From a virus: 64,000 nucleotides of DNA. The DNA is taken from the IMG/VR virus record IMGVR_UViG_3300025154_000073, positions 9,045-73,044 of that record. One strand, given 5' to 3'. The notes beneath the pieces were generated by a model, which had not been told where the DNA came from, did no database searches, and saw only the letters and a program-made list of their open reading frames with translations. Each line of letters begins with the position of its first letter. Positions within the stretch are counted from its first letter, which is position 1. Both the position numbers and the translations under genes were made by a program. Shown here piece after piece: positions 20,530-29,871 of this stretch.

Positions 20530-21174
20530 CTACGCCTCTTTCTTCATCATGGCGTCAATCTCTGCCATCTTCTCTTTGATAAATTCGGCGGTTGAATCTC
20601 CGCTGATTTTGGGAACGTCTTTTATTCCGGCTTGATGCGCGGCGGCGAATTTTTCTCCAAACGCTTTTTGCAGGGATTGTAATTCGCTGGCTGGCTTTGG
20701 GGTTTTTAATTCGGGCTTGGGATGTTCCACAAGTTGTTTTGAGGGGCGTTCCTGGTCTCCAGATGGGTATTTATCTGGGTCGTCTCCTGTTTCAATATTG
20801 AAAGTTTGGCGAATGGCATACTTATACATGCCCGTCATTGCTTTGTTGCAACTCTTATCTCCGCTGTCTGCCCCCTCGCCTAGTGATTGAACATCAATAT
20901 AGCTTCCGCCAACGTGGGTAAATCTCACAATTCCGTGAACGGTGGTGTTAATCATCGCCGTTCCTTTTGCGGTTGTGTATTGCTCTCTGTTTGTCTCGGC
21001 AACTTGAAGTACGGAGACATACACTCCATGTTCAACCATTGACGGGCGAACCGCCTCAATCAATGCCGCCTCGCCTGCGTATGAGTATGATAGTCCCGCT
21101 CCCCTCTGTTTTTGAACATATCCCACTTCTTTCATTATTGCATTAATCGCTTCGTGAATATCTTTTTCTGACAT
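20530..21174 (-). CDS. ERF-family single-strand annealing protein
   Basis: GEGADSGDKSCNKAMTGMYKYAIRQTFNIETGDDPD. Confidence 0.8.
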   Translation of the reverse strand: MSEKDIHEAINAIMKEVGYVQKQRGAGLSYSYAGEAALIEAVRPSMVEHGVYVSVLQVAETNREQYTTAKGTAMINTTVHGIVRFTHVGGSYIDVQSLGEGADSGDKSCNKAMTGMYKYAIRQTFNIETGDDPDKYPSGDQERPSKQLVEHPKPELKTPKPASELQSLQKAFGEKFAAAHQAGIKDVPKISGDSTAEFIKEKMAEIDAMMKKEA

Positions 21175-21263
21175 TTCTACTCCTTGTTTTAGGTTACACC
21201 GACATTTGTCGTATGTTTCAAAAATTATTGTACATCAACTACCTGAGAATGGGGTGAGAAATG

Positions 21264-22031
21264 CTATTTCTTCAATTCTCCTTCCCATAAGATACCATCC
21301 TGACCATGAAGCCTCCATAGTTTTCCGTCAAAGGATGGGACTAATCCCACATTCCATAAATCAACTGCTGGTTGATATGGATACGTCTTTTTCCAATCTT
21401 TTACAATGGGCACAAAAATACTGACCGTATAAGCCCACACAGAATCTCTCACAGAATCTCTCACAGAATCCCACACAGAATTCCACACAGAATTCCACAC
21501 AGAATTCCACACAGAATTCCACACAGAATTCCCCACAGAATTCCCCACAGAATTCCACACAGAATTCCACACAGAATCTCTCACAGAATCTCTCACAGAA
21601 TCCCACACAGAATTCCACACAGAATCCCACGCTTTAAGCAATTCCAATTCCTTTGAACTGATTTTCCCATGTTTTAATGTAAATGGATTTAGTGGGCTGG
21701 CAGCTTTCAGATAATCCCATTTGAATAACGTTTCTGGTTTTACTTCCCGTTCTATTCTCAAGAATTCAAATCCCGCCTTATCCGATTCTTCGAGTACTGG
21801 AGTTCCATACACGATGTACGCAGAACATGGTATGGATGCTCCGATAAAGCATTGATCTGGTTTTCGGCTGGCGTGAAGAAACGCATTTGAACATAACCTT
21901 CCAGTTTCGGAGAAATGTGGTGCGTACACATCCCACCCGACACTTTCTCGGTAGTTTATGGTTTTTCCTGTGTAAAAGTCAAAACCATCTGGTCTTGCGA
22001 GTTTGTAGAACTTTTGTAGTTTTGTTTTCAT
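21264..22031 (-). CDS. Tetrapeptide-repeat protein (16 x [WRG][ND]SV), paralog 1
   Basis: Central repeat tract; C-terminal QPAVDLW..GLVPSFDGKLWRLH shared with 24043-24861. Confidence 0.75.
   Translation of the reverse strand: MKTKLQKFYKLARPDGFDFYTGKTINYRESVGWDVYAPHFSETGRLCSNAFLHASRKPDQCFIGASIPCSAYIVYGTPVLEESDKAGFEFLRIEREVKPETLFKWDYLKAASPLNPFTLKHGKISSKELELLKAWDSVWNSVWDSVRDSVRDSVWNSVWNSVGNSVGNSVWNSVWNSVWNSVWNSVWDSVRDSVRDSVWAYTVSIFVPIVKDWKKTYPYQPAVDLWNVGLVPSFDGKLWRLHGQDGILWEGELKK
21434..21628. repeat. 12-bp tandem repeat, 16 units
   Basis: Unit CACAGAATTCCA and variants. Confidence 0.95.
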
Positions 22032-22043
22032 GTTATTTTCTCC

Positions 22044-22505
22044 TTAGTAATTCGGGTTATCGTGATACCAGCGGTCGTCGGGTTCTGGGTCAAGCTCGGA
22101 ATTTCGTACGCCACATTGACGCATCCACTTAATGACATCCTTCTCTATTTCAGCATACTTGTCTTTCACGATTTCAAGTTCAAAATTTCGCTCATCACCC
22201 CTGCTTGGTGATGAGGGGGAATAATATCCTCCGTACTTCATAGCTCCCAGAAATGCTTCATACGGATTGAATTCAATCTTTGGAGACTTCTGGATAATAA
22301 TTGTGGGCGCAATCCAGCAATCTTCTAAATCTGCGCCTGAACATGGATTATCTCTGTTATCTTCAACCGCAACAAAGACATTTTTATAGTAAGCTCGGAA
22401 GGTGATTTCGTAATCCTCGGCGTAGTTATCATTGCCAAGTGTTATATATAACTCGGTGTAAGGAATGTCTTTGTCTGTTTTTCCTATACGAATTTTTGAG
22501 ATCAT
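22044..22505 (-). CDS. Hypothetical protein
   Basis: GGAGG RBS; 153 aa. Confidence 0.55.
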   Translation of the reverse strand: MISKIRIGKTDKDIPYTELYITLGNDNYAEDYEITFRAYYKNVFVAVEDNRDNPCSGADLEDCWIAPTIIIQKSPKIEFNPYEAFLGAMKYGGYYSPSSPSRGDERNFELEIVKDKYAEIEKDVIKWMRQCGVRNSELDPEPDDRWYHDNPNY

Positions 22506-22800
22506 TTGTCAACCTCCTGAGAATGCACGGTGTTTTCTCTGCCATCTTTCGGACGGCTTCAACCACGTCTTGTTCTGTTGCTTCAAGATAGTCCAATTCC
22601 AGGATTTTGCATAAAGTGACCATGAGGGACTCGTGAGCGTTGAACAACTCCTCTTTTGTCGGTTTGTCTTCCGATTCGTGAGGAGTTTTAGGACAGTACC
22701 ACTCTTTAGTCCAGGGGTCTTGCACAAGATCGCCGTCGCAAATACGGCAATGCTTTTCTGAGCCGAACGGGTCGGCGTTTTGGTCATAATTAACTCTCAT
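22429..22800 (-). CDS. Hypothetical zinc-ribbon protein
   Basis: GGAG RBS; CRICDG...WYCP. Confidence 0.5.
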   Translation of the reverse strand: MRVNYDQNADPFGSEKHCRICDGDLVQDPWTKEWYCPKTPHESEDKPTKEELFNAHESLMVTLCKILELDYLEATEQDVVEAVRKMAEKTPCILRRLTNDLKNSYRKNRQRHSLHRVIYNTWQ

Positions 22801-23506
22801 AATCAGTCTCCTTTTTGAAATTTAGCGGTCTGTCTATTTTATTTTCAATTATATATTTATCATACGCAATTGCAGCATCAATTTCGTAAACATACGACCC
22901 CACATAACAGCGATTAGATTTTCCCTTTAACCTAAATCTACAATACCACCTATTATGTTTTTCTGAGAAGAATATTCCGAAGAATTTTGATGACGCACTA
23001 GAAACTTTCTTTCCGAATCGGGGGTTGTTTTTCCACCCTTGCGCCAACTTCATTTTTTCTCTTGAGGCGTCTGCTATTTCTTCTCTATTTCTATTTGCTT
23101 CTGATATTTTATTGATGGCCTCTTTTGTGTGGTGTTTTCCATACATGGGATTTTTTTCTTTAGCCTGTGAACAAGACATTTTTGCCTTAGTTTCTTCTGT
23201 GCATCTCCCATGCGCTCCGGCATCTTTTTTGTTGTATCCAAATAATTTGTTTTTAGTGTGGTAAAAATTAATCCAATAATCCTCTCTGTCAACAAGCATT
23301 TCTACTGAACATACGTCAATAACTTCAAACAAGAAATTATATTCTCCGTATTTGTTCCACGCGTTTTGTAGGTGCGCGTTGTGTGCCGTGCCGTTTTTCA
23401 ATAAAAAAATATGGTCTTTCCATCTATGCTTTATGTCAATAGATTGACCTATGTAGTTTTTTCCGCTTATTTTATTCATAATACGATAGATTCCGCATAT
23501 AGGCAT
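22790..23506 (-). CDS. GIY-YIG homing endonuclease with NUMOD3 repeats and AP2-like C-terminus
   Basis: GIYRI...YIGQS; NPMYGKHHT; SSKFFGI...IDAAIAYD...PLNF. Confidence 0.85.
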   Translation of the reverse strand: MPICGIYRIMNKISGKNYIGQSIDIKHRWKDHIFLLKNGTAHNAHLQNAWNKYGEYNFLFEVIDVCSVEMLVDREDYWINFYHTKNKLFGYNKKDAGAHGRCTEETKAKMSCSQAKEKNPMYGKHHTKEAINKISEANRNREEIADASREKMKLAQGWKNNPRFGKKVSSASSKFFGIFFSEKHNRWYCRFRLKGKSNRCYVGSYVYEIDAAIAYDKYIIENKIDRPLNFKKETDYES

Positions 23507-23522
23507 TGTATATACTTCAAAC

Positions 23523-23639
23523 AAACCACCGCCAATCTGCATTCCGAACTTGTCACAGTTGCAGGAGCGCGGCAGACGGGCGGTGGTTTATCTCGGAATA
23601 AAAAATCTCCTGTGAAACTGTGACGAATTGATTATACCA
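23523..23639 (-). promoter_or_regulatory. Extended -10 promoter and structured leader of the GIY-YIG gene
   Basis: TGGTATAAT; hairpin arms 23523-23533 / 23579-23589; three loop segments complementary to upstream leader segments. Confidence 0.65.
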
Positions 23640-23671
23640 CAATCACGGATCAGCGGAAGGGTCATAAATAC

Positions 23672-24025
23672 TCATCGCCCCTCCATCTCTTCAAGCAGGG
23701 AGACAGCTTGCAAATCCATGACTAACTGTTCGTCATAGTCGGGCTGGTTGTCCTGACAAAAAACTTTCCAAACGCCCGTTTTACCCAGACCGTGAGTGTC
23801 GGAAAATAGGGATTCTGGCGGAGGACAGAAAGCATAACCTTTTTCGAGGAAACAGAAGTCAATTTCCGCACCGAACTCGGTCTCCACAGGGTAGGCATGA
23901 CCTACGCACGCGCCGTGTTCGAGTTTGACCATTTGCTCGTGTTCAATGCACCAGACGAACTCTGGAGCGTCTCGCCTCACGGAAGATACAAGGCGGTGTA
24001 CGTGCGTTCCTAGTGAAGTTTTCAT
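23672..24025 (-). CDS. Hypothetical protein
   Basis: AGGAG RBS before MKTSLG; Cys/His pattern. Confidence 0.5.
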   Translation of the reverse strand: MKTSLGTHVHRLVSSVRRDAPEFVWCIEHEQMVKLEHGACVGHAYPVETEFGAEIDFCFLEKGYAFCPPPESLFSDTHGLGKTGVWKVFCQDNQPDYDEQLVMDLQAVSLLEEMEGR

Positions 24026-24042
24026 AATGTTCTCCTTTTCTC

Positions 24043-24861
24043 CTATTTTGTACATTCAAAGACGATCTCGGCATTTTTCCCTGAGTGTAATCTCCATGTT
24101 TTTCCATCAAACGATGGCACAAATCCTCGCTTCCATAGATCAACACAAGGCTGAAATTCATAATTGTTATCCCAAATATAAAATAAACTTCCGATGTAAG
24201 CCCCCACAGAACCCCCCACAGAATCTATCACAGAATTCCCCACAGAATTCCACACAGAATCTCTCACAGAATCTATCACAGAATTCCCCACAGAATTCCC
24301 CACAGAATTCCCCACAGAATCCCACACAGAATTCCACACAGAATTCCCCACAGACCCCCCCACAGAACCCCCCACAGAATCTCTCACAGAATTCCACACA
24401 GAATCCCACACAGAATTCCACACAGAATTCCACACAGAATTCCCCACAGAATCTCTCACAGAATCTCTCACAGAATCCCACTGCTTTAATAATTCAATGT
24501 CTTTTTTTGTGGGCTTTGATTTATTGGCTAGTGGATTGATTGGATTTTGCGCTTCCTTGATATTAATTAATGGATATACCTCCTTTTTCCACTTCTTAAG
24601 GGAGCGCAGAGCCTCTGCTGAGTGTGAAGCAGACCACCATGACGGAATATCTTCTTCATCAACATTCAATGTCCAATCGCAATCTGGATATAAATATCCT
24701 TTATCTGGTGTGATCTCCACCTTTACGGAATTTCTAGATGCTTCTTTCAGTTCTGGGTACTTAGACAGATATCTAGAATACAGCGTGTCGTGAGAGGAAA
24801 TGCCGCGCTCCCAAATTACTTGGTGACTTCTTGTTACAATACATGAAAAATCTTTACACAT
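24043..24861 (-). CDS. Tetrapeptide-repeat protein (23 x [WRGI][NDG]SV), paralog 2
   Basis: MCKDFSCIV...SHD...VEITP N-terminus; repeat tract; conserved C-terminus. Confidence 0.75.
   Translation of the reverse strand: MCKDFSCIVTRSHQVIWERGISSHDTLYSRYLSKYPELKEASRNSVKVEITPDKGYLYPDCDWTLNVDEEDIPSWWSASHSAEALRSLKKWKKEVYPLINIKEAQNPINPLANKSKPTKKDIELLKQWDSVRDSVRDSVGNSVWNSVWNSVWDSVWNSVRDSVGGSVGGSVGNSVWNSVWDSVGNSVGNSVGNSVIDSVRDSVWNSVGNSVIDSVGGSVGAYIGSLFYIWDNNYEFQPCVDLWKRGFVPSFDGKTWRLHSGKNAEIVFECTK
24205..24480. repeat. 12-bp tandem repeat, 23 units
   Basis: Same unit family as 21434-21628. Confidence 0.95.
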
Positions 24862-25117
24862 TGTTTTTCTCCTTTTGTTTTTCTAATTGTTTTTCTGCCA
24901 ATTCTGCGAGAATAAGAATTCTGTCGTAAATCTCTCGCCAAGTTCCTTCGATATTATTTGTCATGCGCCTAGCTTCACTCTCTCCAACAACGTCTATGAG
25001 CCTTTCAAGAGCATCTTCGGCTGAGTTCCGCCAGTATCGCGCCATTGGTGGGATTTCAAAAGAAAATCTACTTCTTACGTGCCTCTGTCCGTGAAAGTGA
25101 CTCATTTCGTACTCCAC
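24854..25117 (-). CDS. Hypothetical protein
   Basis: Coupled small ORF. Confidence 0.45.
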   Translation of the reverse strand: MEYEMSHFHGQRHVRSRFSFEIPPMARYWRNSAEDALERLIDVVGESEARRMTNNIEGTWREIYDRILILAELAEKQLEKQKEKNNV

Positions 25118-25573
25118 AACTTACGGATTGACTTAGGAAGGCGAATGTCCGCGTGTGGCGGATTCTTCTCGCCTTTGCCATTGTTCATTACTCGGACGTT
25201 GTTCAACTTGTCCTCAACTGTTTTCGGCATGATTTTTAACAATGCCGCTGTTCCAGATCGTTTTAACGTCCAAGTCATAGTTTTCAGCCTCTCGGTTTCG
25301 GTTTTGACATTCGTACTAGGTAGCGGGAGTCGCGCTCGAAGCGACCTCAATGCTGAGTTTATGAAACTCGCTCTGACCCATGCCAGCCTCCCGCAGTGTT
25401 TATTTCTTTCTGCCTTCGCTTAGGTCATAACTCCTAAGCCTTGAAAAACACTTGTGGGCGGAGCATTGTCTTTTTGCTCACGGGCTTTGACTTCGCCTGC
25501 TTCATTCAACATAGTTGAATTGCGCCCACATTTTTAATATATCACGATTGCGCTCTCTTAGGATTAAATCTTC

Positions 25574-25882
25574 CTAAGTGTTTGACAATATGGATTTGGC
25601 TTTTAATAGAATTCTTGCAAAGTGCCTGTGGGAGGCGTATCTTTCTGGATTTGCTATAATCCAGGAGTTTTCTCCATCCATTTCATCAAATACTTCCTTT
25701 ATAAATTCTGTCAATGCGGCGATGACGGTGGCACTATCGTCTTCCTTCTCGAATGTTGTTGTTTTCCATTCCTGCTTGCGCCCTATCGGGGCTTCGCGTC
25801 CACCGACGGGGCATTGGTTGGTTTCAAAGTGATGTAAACCGTATTCGCCGCCACAGTTTTTACATTTATCGTATGTGTTCAT
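25574..25882 (-). CDS. Hypothetical protein
   Basis: AGGAG RBS; CKNCG...HH...QCP. Confidence 0.55.
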   Translation of the reverse strand: MNTYDKCKNCGGEYGLHHFETNQCPVGGREAPIGRKQEWKTTTFEKEDDSATVIAALTEFIKEVFDEMDGENSWIIANPERYASHRHFARILLKAKSILSNT

Positions 25883-25961
25883 TTTAGCTCCTATTGTTTT
25901 ACGTTAGTTTGTACGTGAGCTGCGACACAACCTTAATCATAAGATTTGCTTAAGTGTTGCG

Positions 25962-26178
25962 TTAAGCCTTGTTTCCTTTACTAGAATTCTCGGACGGTTC
26001 ATCCCCACGTGTGTGGGGAATACCATGGCAGGAATATAGTCACTGTCTCTTGACACGGTTCATCCCCACGTGTGTGGGGAATACTTTTACAGTACGGATA
26101 AAGACCATCCCTATGACCTTTGCTTTTGTGAAATTCCGAATAGTCTTTATCTTGTAAACACTTTTTGCATTTTTTCAT
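25962..26178 (-). pseudogene. Disrupted HNH-like endonuclease gene (N-terminal 26085-26178 and C-terminal 25962-25994 remnants)
   Basis: GGAG RBS then MKKCKKCLQDKDYSEFHKSKGHRDGLYPYCK runs into the repeat; after the other repeat the frame reads SENSSKGNKA-stop. Confidence 0.65.
25995..26084 (-). CRISPR. Type I-E-like mini-array: two identical 29-bp repeats and one 32-bp spacer
   Basis: Repeat GTATTCCCCACACACGTGGGGATGAACCG (minus) at 25995-26023 and 26056-26084; spacer 26024-26055; 61-bp period. Confidence 0.9.
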
Positions 26179-26200
26179 TATCTATTTGCTCCAATAGAAA

Positions 26201-26310
26201 ACTCCACAAGTCAAAGCCGTTGATTGTTCAGGTCTACGGGGACGAGTGGAGTAATTCTTATTGTAACATAACGACTTTTCCATAGACCTGAACAGTTGGA
26301 GTATATCATA
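26201..26310 (-). promoter_or_regulatory. Extended -10 promoter and structured leader upstream of HNH remnant / mini-array
   Basis: TGATATACT; 12-nt complementary pair 26283-26294 / 26225-26236; hairpin arms 26201-26207 / 26246-26252. Confidence 0.6.
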
Positions 26311-26359
26311 CTTTGAACAAAAGGGACGACGACAGATGCAACAGAACCTAATCTAACTC

Positions 26360-27025
26360 TCATTTTCTCTTTTCGTCTTTCCATTTGATAACTGGCTTAT
26401 TGTTGATTTTTACATCGTAGCTCTTTAGATATGGCACATCTACAACGTGCCAGTTTTTTGTCATTCCAGGATGATAAATCAAGGACTGATCTATCGGAAT
26501 GTGTAGCATGTAGTCATCCTTGATAGCTTCGCCCTCATCGTGGAAGGTTTTTAGCATGTGGTCAAGGTTCGAGCGTTGAATAACGCTGATTAATGTGGTT
26601 TGCTTAAAGAGTACCGCATCAAGCTCCCCACTGATCTTGCCATTAAAGTTGTGAGCGAGTCCGCACAGGATGATCGTGTTATTGTGATATGGATGGTAGA
26701 TTGTCTGCAAAATTCCTGTAAACGTTTTCATATCTTTTCGATTGTCTGGGTCTGCAAGGAATTTCAGTTCATCCAAAATAATCAGGCTGTTTTTAATTTT
26801 TGACAACTCAATCAGTGTGCTAATTGAAAGAACGCCAGGGATATTAACGGACAGTCTGAATCCGACAATGTTTGTCTCTGGGGCTTGCTTTCTGACAATA
26901 TCAATGATGTTGAATAGCAATCCTGATTTTCCTGTATTTTTGTCGCCCACTACGCCAATGACGCGAAGGCTTTTATCTTTAAGGAACTCCTCAAGATCGT
27001 GAATATTTTCGTTAGGTGTGTACAT
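26360..27025 (-). CDS. P-loop ATPase of unknown function
   Basis: Walker A GDKNTGKS, Walker B LIILDE; AAGGAG RBS before ATG 27025. Confidence 0.7.
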   Translation of the reverse strand: MYTPNENIHDLEEFLKDKSLRVIGVVGDKNTGKSGLLFNIIDIVRKQAPETNIVGFRLSVNIPGVLSISTLIELSKIKNSLIILDELKFLADPDNRKDMKTFTGILQTIYHPYHNNTIILCGLAHNFNGKISGELDAVLFKQTTLISVIQRSNLDHMLKTFHDEGEAIKDDYMLHIPIDQSLIYHPGMTKNWHVVDVPYLKSYDVKINNKPVIKWKDEKRK

Positions 27026-27080
27026 GGTATCTCCTTTTTCTGGCGGGTGATTGGGTTGCCAGAATACACGGTGTTTTCTT

Positions 27081-27338
27081 TTACGAGTTGGCGTCCCAAC
27101 ATTCCTTGTGGACAATGCGCTCAAATTTGTTACGGTACGCCCATTTTGCGGTATCTAGTTCTTCACGTGTGAAGTTGCGATGACAATACATACACTCATC
27201 ATCAAGGTACATGGAAATTGCCAACTCAAGCATGGCGGGGCGATTCTCATCTGTGAGTTCAACGACTGCAACGGATTTGCCACCGCCTAAATCAAACTCT
27301 TGTACGTCCTCTTGTTTGGGTAAATTAAAGACATTCAT
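27081..27338 (-). CDS. Hypothetical protein
   Basis: AAGGAG RBS; CMYC...HKEC. Confidence 0.5.
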   Translation of the reverse strand: MNVFNLPKQEDVQEFDLGGGKSVAVVELTDENRPAMLELAISMYLDDECMYCHRNFTREELDTAKWAYRNKFERIVHKECWDANS

Positions 27339-27437
27339 TTCAGACTCCTTTAATCATAATCAGGGCTTGGGCTACAAGGTACAATCCCAAGACGACAACC
27401 GCCAGAGCCTTTAATAGTCTGGCTTCATGCGTGTAGT

Positions 27438-27623
27438 TCATAGTCCCTCCGCTATGTCCAGGGCTTGCCGCGCCGCGTCAACACGGTTAGAGGCGTCAAT
27501 GGGCGGGATTTTCAACAGTCGCCCGTCCTTTGTGGCGATGACACACCACTGACTTATGGAAAAAGGTGATAGGTAGACGGTGACGGCGATCCCGTTGCGC
27601 GTCTCTGAGTAAGTTCTGCTCAT
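27438..27623 (-). CDS. Hypothetical protein
   Basis: 4-bp overlap with upstream gene. Confidence 0.45.
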   Translation of the reverse strand: MSRTYSETRNGIAVTVYLSPFSISQWCVIATKDGRLLKIPPIDASNRVDAARQALDIAEGL

Positions 27624-27946
27624 GCTTCACCCTTTGCCTGTTTCAAGGCGGTGCGGATACGCTCGTTTACCGCCTCGCCTGACAGCGCCATGTCTTTTGT
27701 GACTGCCAACACGTCAGGATGCTCAAGGTAGCGTATTGCCAGTTCAAGCATGGCGATCAGCGCATCATGGTTATTGCAGGCGGTGACAATAAACTCCGCG
27801 TTTGCTCGGTCTAATTCTGATGGAATTCCATTTGCTGAGTCAAGGTCGGGACTAATAAACGCCACTCCAAAGCATTCTGGTGAGTTAATGGAGATGGCTT
27901 GTTCCCAGGCAACCCATTTATAAGGTGTAGGTGTGTGCTTGTTCAT
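27620..27946 (-). CDS. Phage hypothetical protein (HTPxPW...ANAEFIVTACN type)
   Basis: MNKHTPTPY...RANAEFIVTACNNHDAL, a common phage early-gene motif. Confidence 0.6.
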   Translation of the reverse strand: MNKHTPTPYKWVAWEQAISINSPECFGVAFISPDLDSANGIPSELDRANAEFIVTACNNHDALIAMLELAIRYLEHPDVLAVTKDMALSGEAVNERIRTALKQAKGEA

Positions 27947-28004
27947 TTTTATTTCTCCTCTGCCCCTCACTGGTTAGGCGAGGGGCGGTAATGGGTGTGA
28001 GTGT

Positions 28005-28811
28005 TTACTTTGTGCGGGCGGAGTTCCTTAATTCCTTGACGAATTCTCCTGCGTTGTAATTGTAGTAAGCTGAGAATGCGCCTTCGCCCTCTGATCTAAG
28101 TACACGGTATCCGTGAGATTTCAGGTTTTTGAAGGTGTCAAGGTCAACGCGGGCGGGGAAGTAGATTCGGATTCGGTTCTCGCCTGCTCGCCATTGTATT
28201 TTGACGCCGTTGATTTCTTCGTCCTTGTCTGGGATAGCTTGTTTCTTCTCAACCAGCGCGGCGCGTTTGGTCGCTGTGCGGATATTGGCAGACAAGTTAG
28301 TCAATTGAAATGGGGTGATAGGGTGCGGTTCCCATCTATATTCTGGCTTATAGTTGCGAATTGTGATTTTGTCCGACTCGGACAGTTCGCACAAGTCAAG
28401 GCTGGCGGGGTTTTTTAAGTACTTGGCGTGAGCGGCATTAATCGCCTTGTATCGTTTTTGTAGTACTAATAAACCGTCAAGTTTGGATTCCAGTTTTTCA
28501 ACGGCTTCAGGGTCATCGCTAAAAATAGCGTTGTTTGCCTCCATAGACGCGGCGCGGCTTTTCAGTTCTTCGGCGCGGAGATGCAATTCGTACCCTTTGC
28601 GGTGTTTGCTTTCAATCCGTGCGCGATAATTTCGGTCTCTGCCCTCGGAGTAATGTCCCACGAGGATCGGTTGACCAAACGGTATACAATCTGCCATTTT
28701 ATGAGCCTGATTCCAATTCGATTCGCTTTCTGTTTCTGCTTTTTGTGCGGCTTTTACAAGCCTTTCATAGCGGGCGGTGCGTTTTGCTTCGTATTCTTCA
28801 ATTGTGTACAT
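28005..28811 (-). CDS. DUF3560 family protein
   Basis: IPFGQPILVGHYSEGRDR and IFSDDPEAVEKL motifs. Confidence 0.8.
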   Translation of the reverse strand: MYTIEEYEAKRTARYERLVKAAQKAETESESNWNQAHKMADCIPFGQPILVGHYSEGRDRNYRARIESKHRKGYELHLRAEELKSRAASMEANNAIFSDDPEAVEKLESKLDGLLVLQKRYKAINAAHAKYLKNPASLDLCELSESDKITIRNYKPEYRWEPHPITPFQLTNLSANIRTATKRAALVEKKQAIPDKDEEINGVKIQWRAGENRIRIYFPARVDLDTFKNLKSHGYRVLRSEGEGAFSAYYNYNAGEFVKELRNSARTK

Positions 28812-29358
28812 ATTAATCCTCTGCAAGAGCAACCAGCGCGGCGAATTGCAATTCGTATTCTGGGCGGTCTGTTGATAATTCTATGACGCGCTCGGCTGTA
28901 GGTGTGTGGGCGGATGATTGTCCGATTGCCCATTCAAAAAAATATGGGTAGTTTTTATACATTTTGTAATCTCCTTTGATTTGAGAAAACACGGTGTATT
29001 TGTATCTTACACGGTCAAGATGAGAGAGGGGTTAAAATGTTGCCGGTGTTAAGCGGATGAAGGATAACCGCTTCGTGTAGAGGCGCGCCGTTGCCTCTAC
29101 AATATTGTGGAAAAACTAACCCGCTATCAATCCACAAAGAAAAACGACGCACAACCTTCGCGCCACAATGTTTACAGTGATATTCCATGATTTTTACTCC
29201 TCTTCCTCTTTATCGGTCGTAGTGGTTTATAGGGTTGGCTGGTGTGTAAAACGCGCACTGTCTACAATCGCGCATTGCCAGAGCCAAGAGACAGCAAGCG
29301 CAATTAATACGCCTTTCTGCCAGAGTCCATATGTGGGGGATGATTACAGATTGCATGG

Positions 29359-29625
29359 CTATACCTTTGCGCCAAGTTTCTCAAAGGATTCCAGGCAATT
29401 TTTGTATACATTCCACCCAAACATTGACGCGCTTTCCATCGCTTGCGCCTGTGGTTTTGTTACGTCAAGTTTGGCATTCATCGTGTCCACCTGATTCTGG
29501 TTAGCTTTCTGGTTAGTTTTGTAGTATCCAGTTTCAAAGGCGCGTATCTCGATCACCTCGCCAATTTGGGTAGAGGGATTGATGGTCATATTGTTCAGGG
29601 AATAGCATTTATTGGGTATGATCAT
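29359..29625 (-). CDS. Hypothetical protein
   Basis: GGAG RBS; AMESASMFGWNV motif. Confidence 0.55.
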   Translation of the reverse strand: MIIPNKCYSLNNMTINPSTQIGEVIEIRAFETGYYKTNQKANQNQVDTMNAKLDVTKPQAQAMESASMFGWNVYKNCLESFEKLGAKV

Positions 29626-29871
29626 GGTAATATACTCCTATATAAGATTATGGTTAGGTTTATTAATCAGATTAATCATATTTATTAGACTGATTACAAG
29701 GCACTACCTAGTAATACCCTGTAATCAACCCCCCTCGTTTGTGTTAGTCGTCCGCTAGTGCGATCATAGAGTCCCACGCTACGTCAATTTCGCGCTTATG
29801 CTGCGCTGGGGCGTTGGAAGGGTAATAGCTACCATCTAGGAAGAGAGAAAACCATACTAAAGCGGTATCCA

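Noticed and set aside
21361-21656. Alternative-frame ORFs (CVEF, HRIP repeats; likewise 23925-24539 and 24167-24481)
   Set aside because: By-products of a stop-free 12-bp repeat; only the xxSV frame has conserved flanking domains
21434-24480. 12-bp tracts as CRISPR arrays or iterons
   Set aside because: No spacers; in-frame within coding genes
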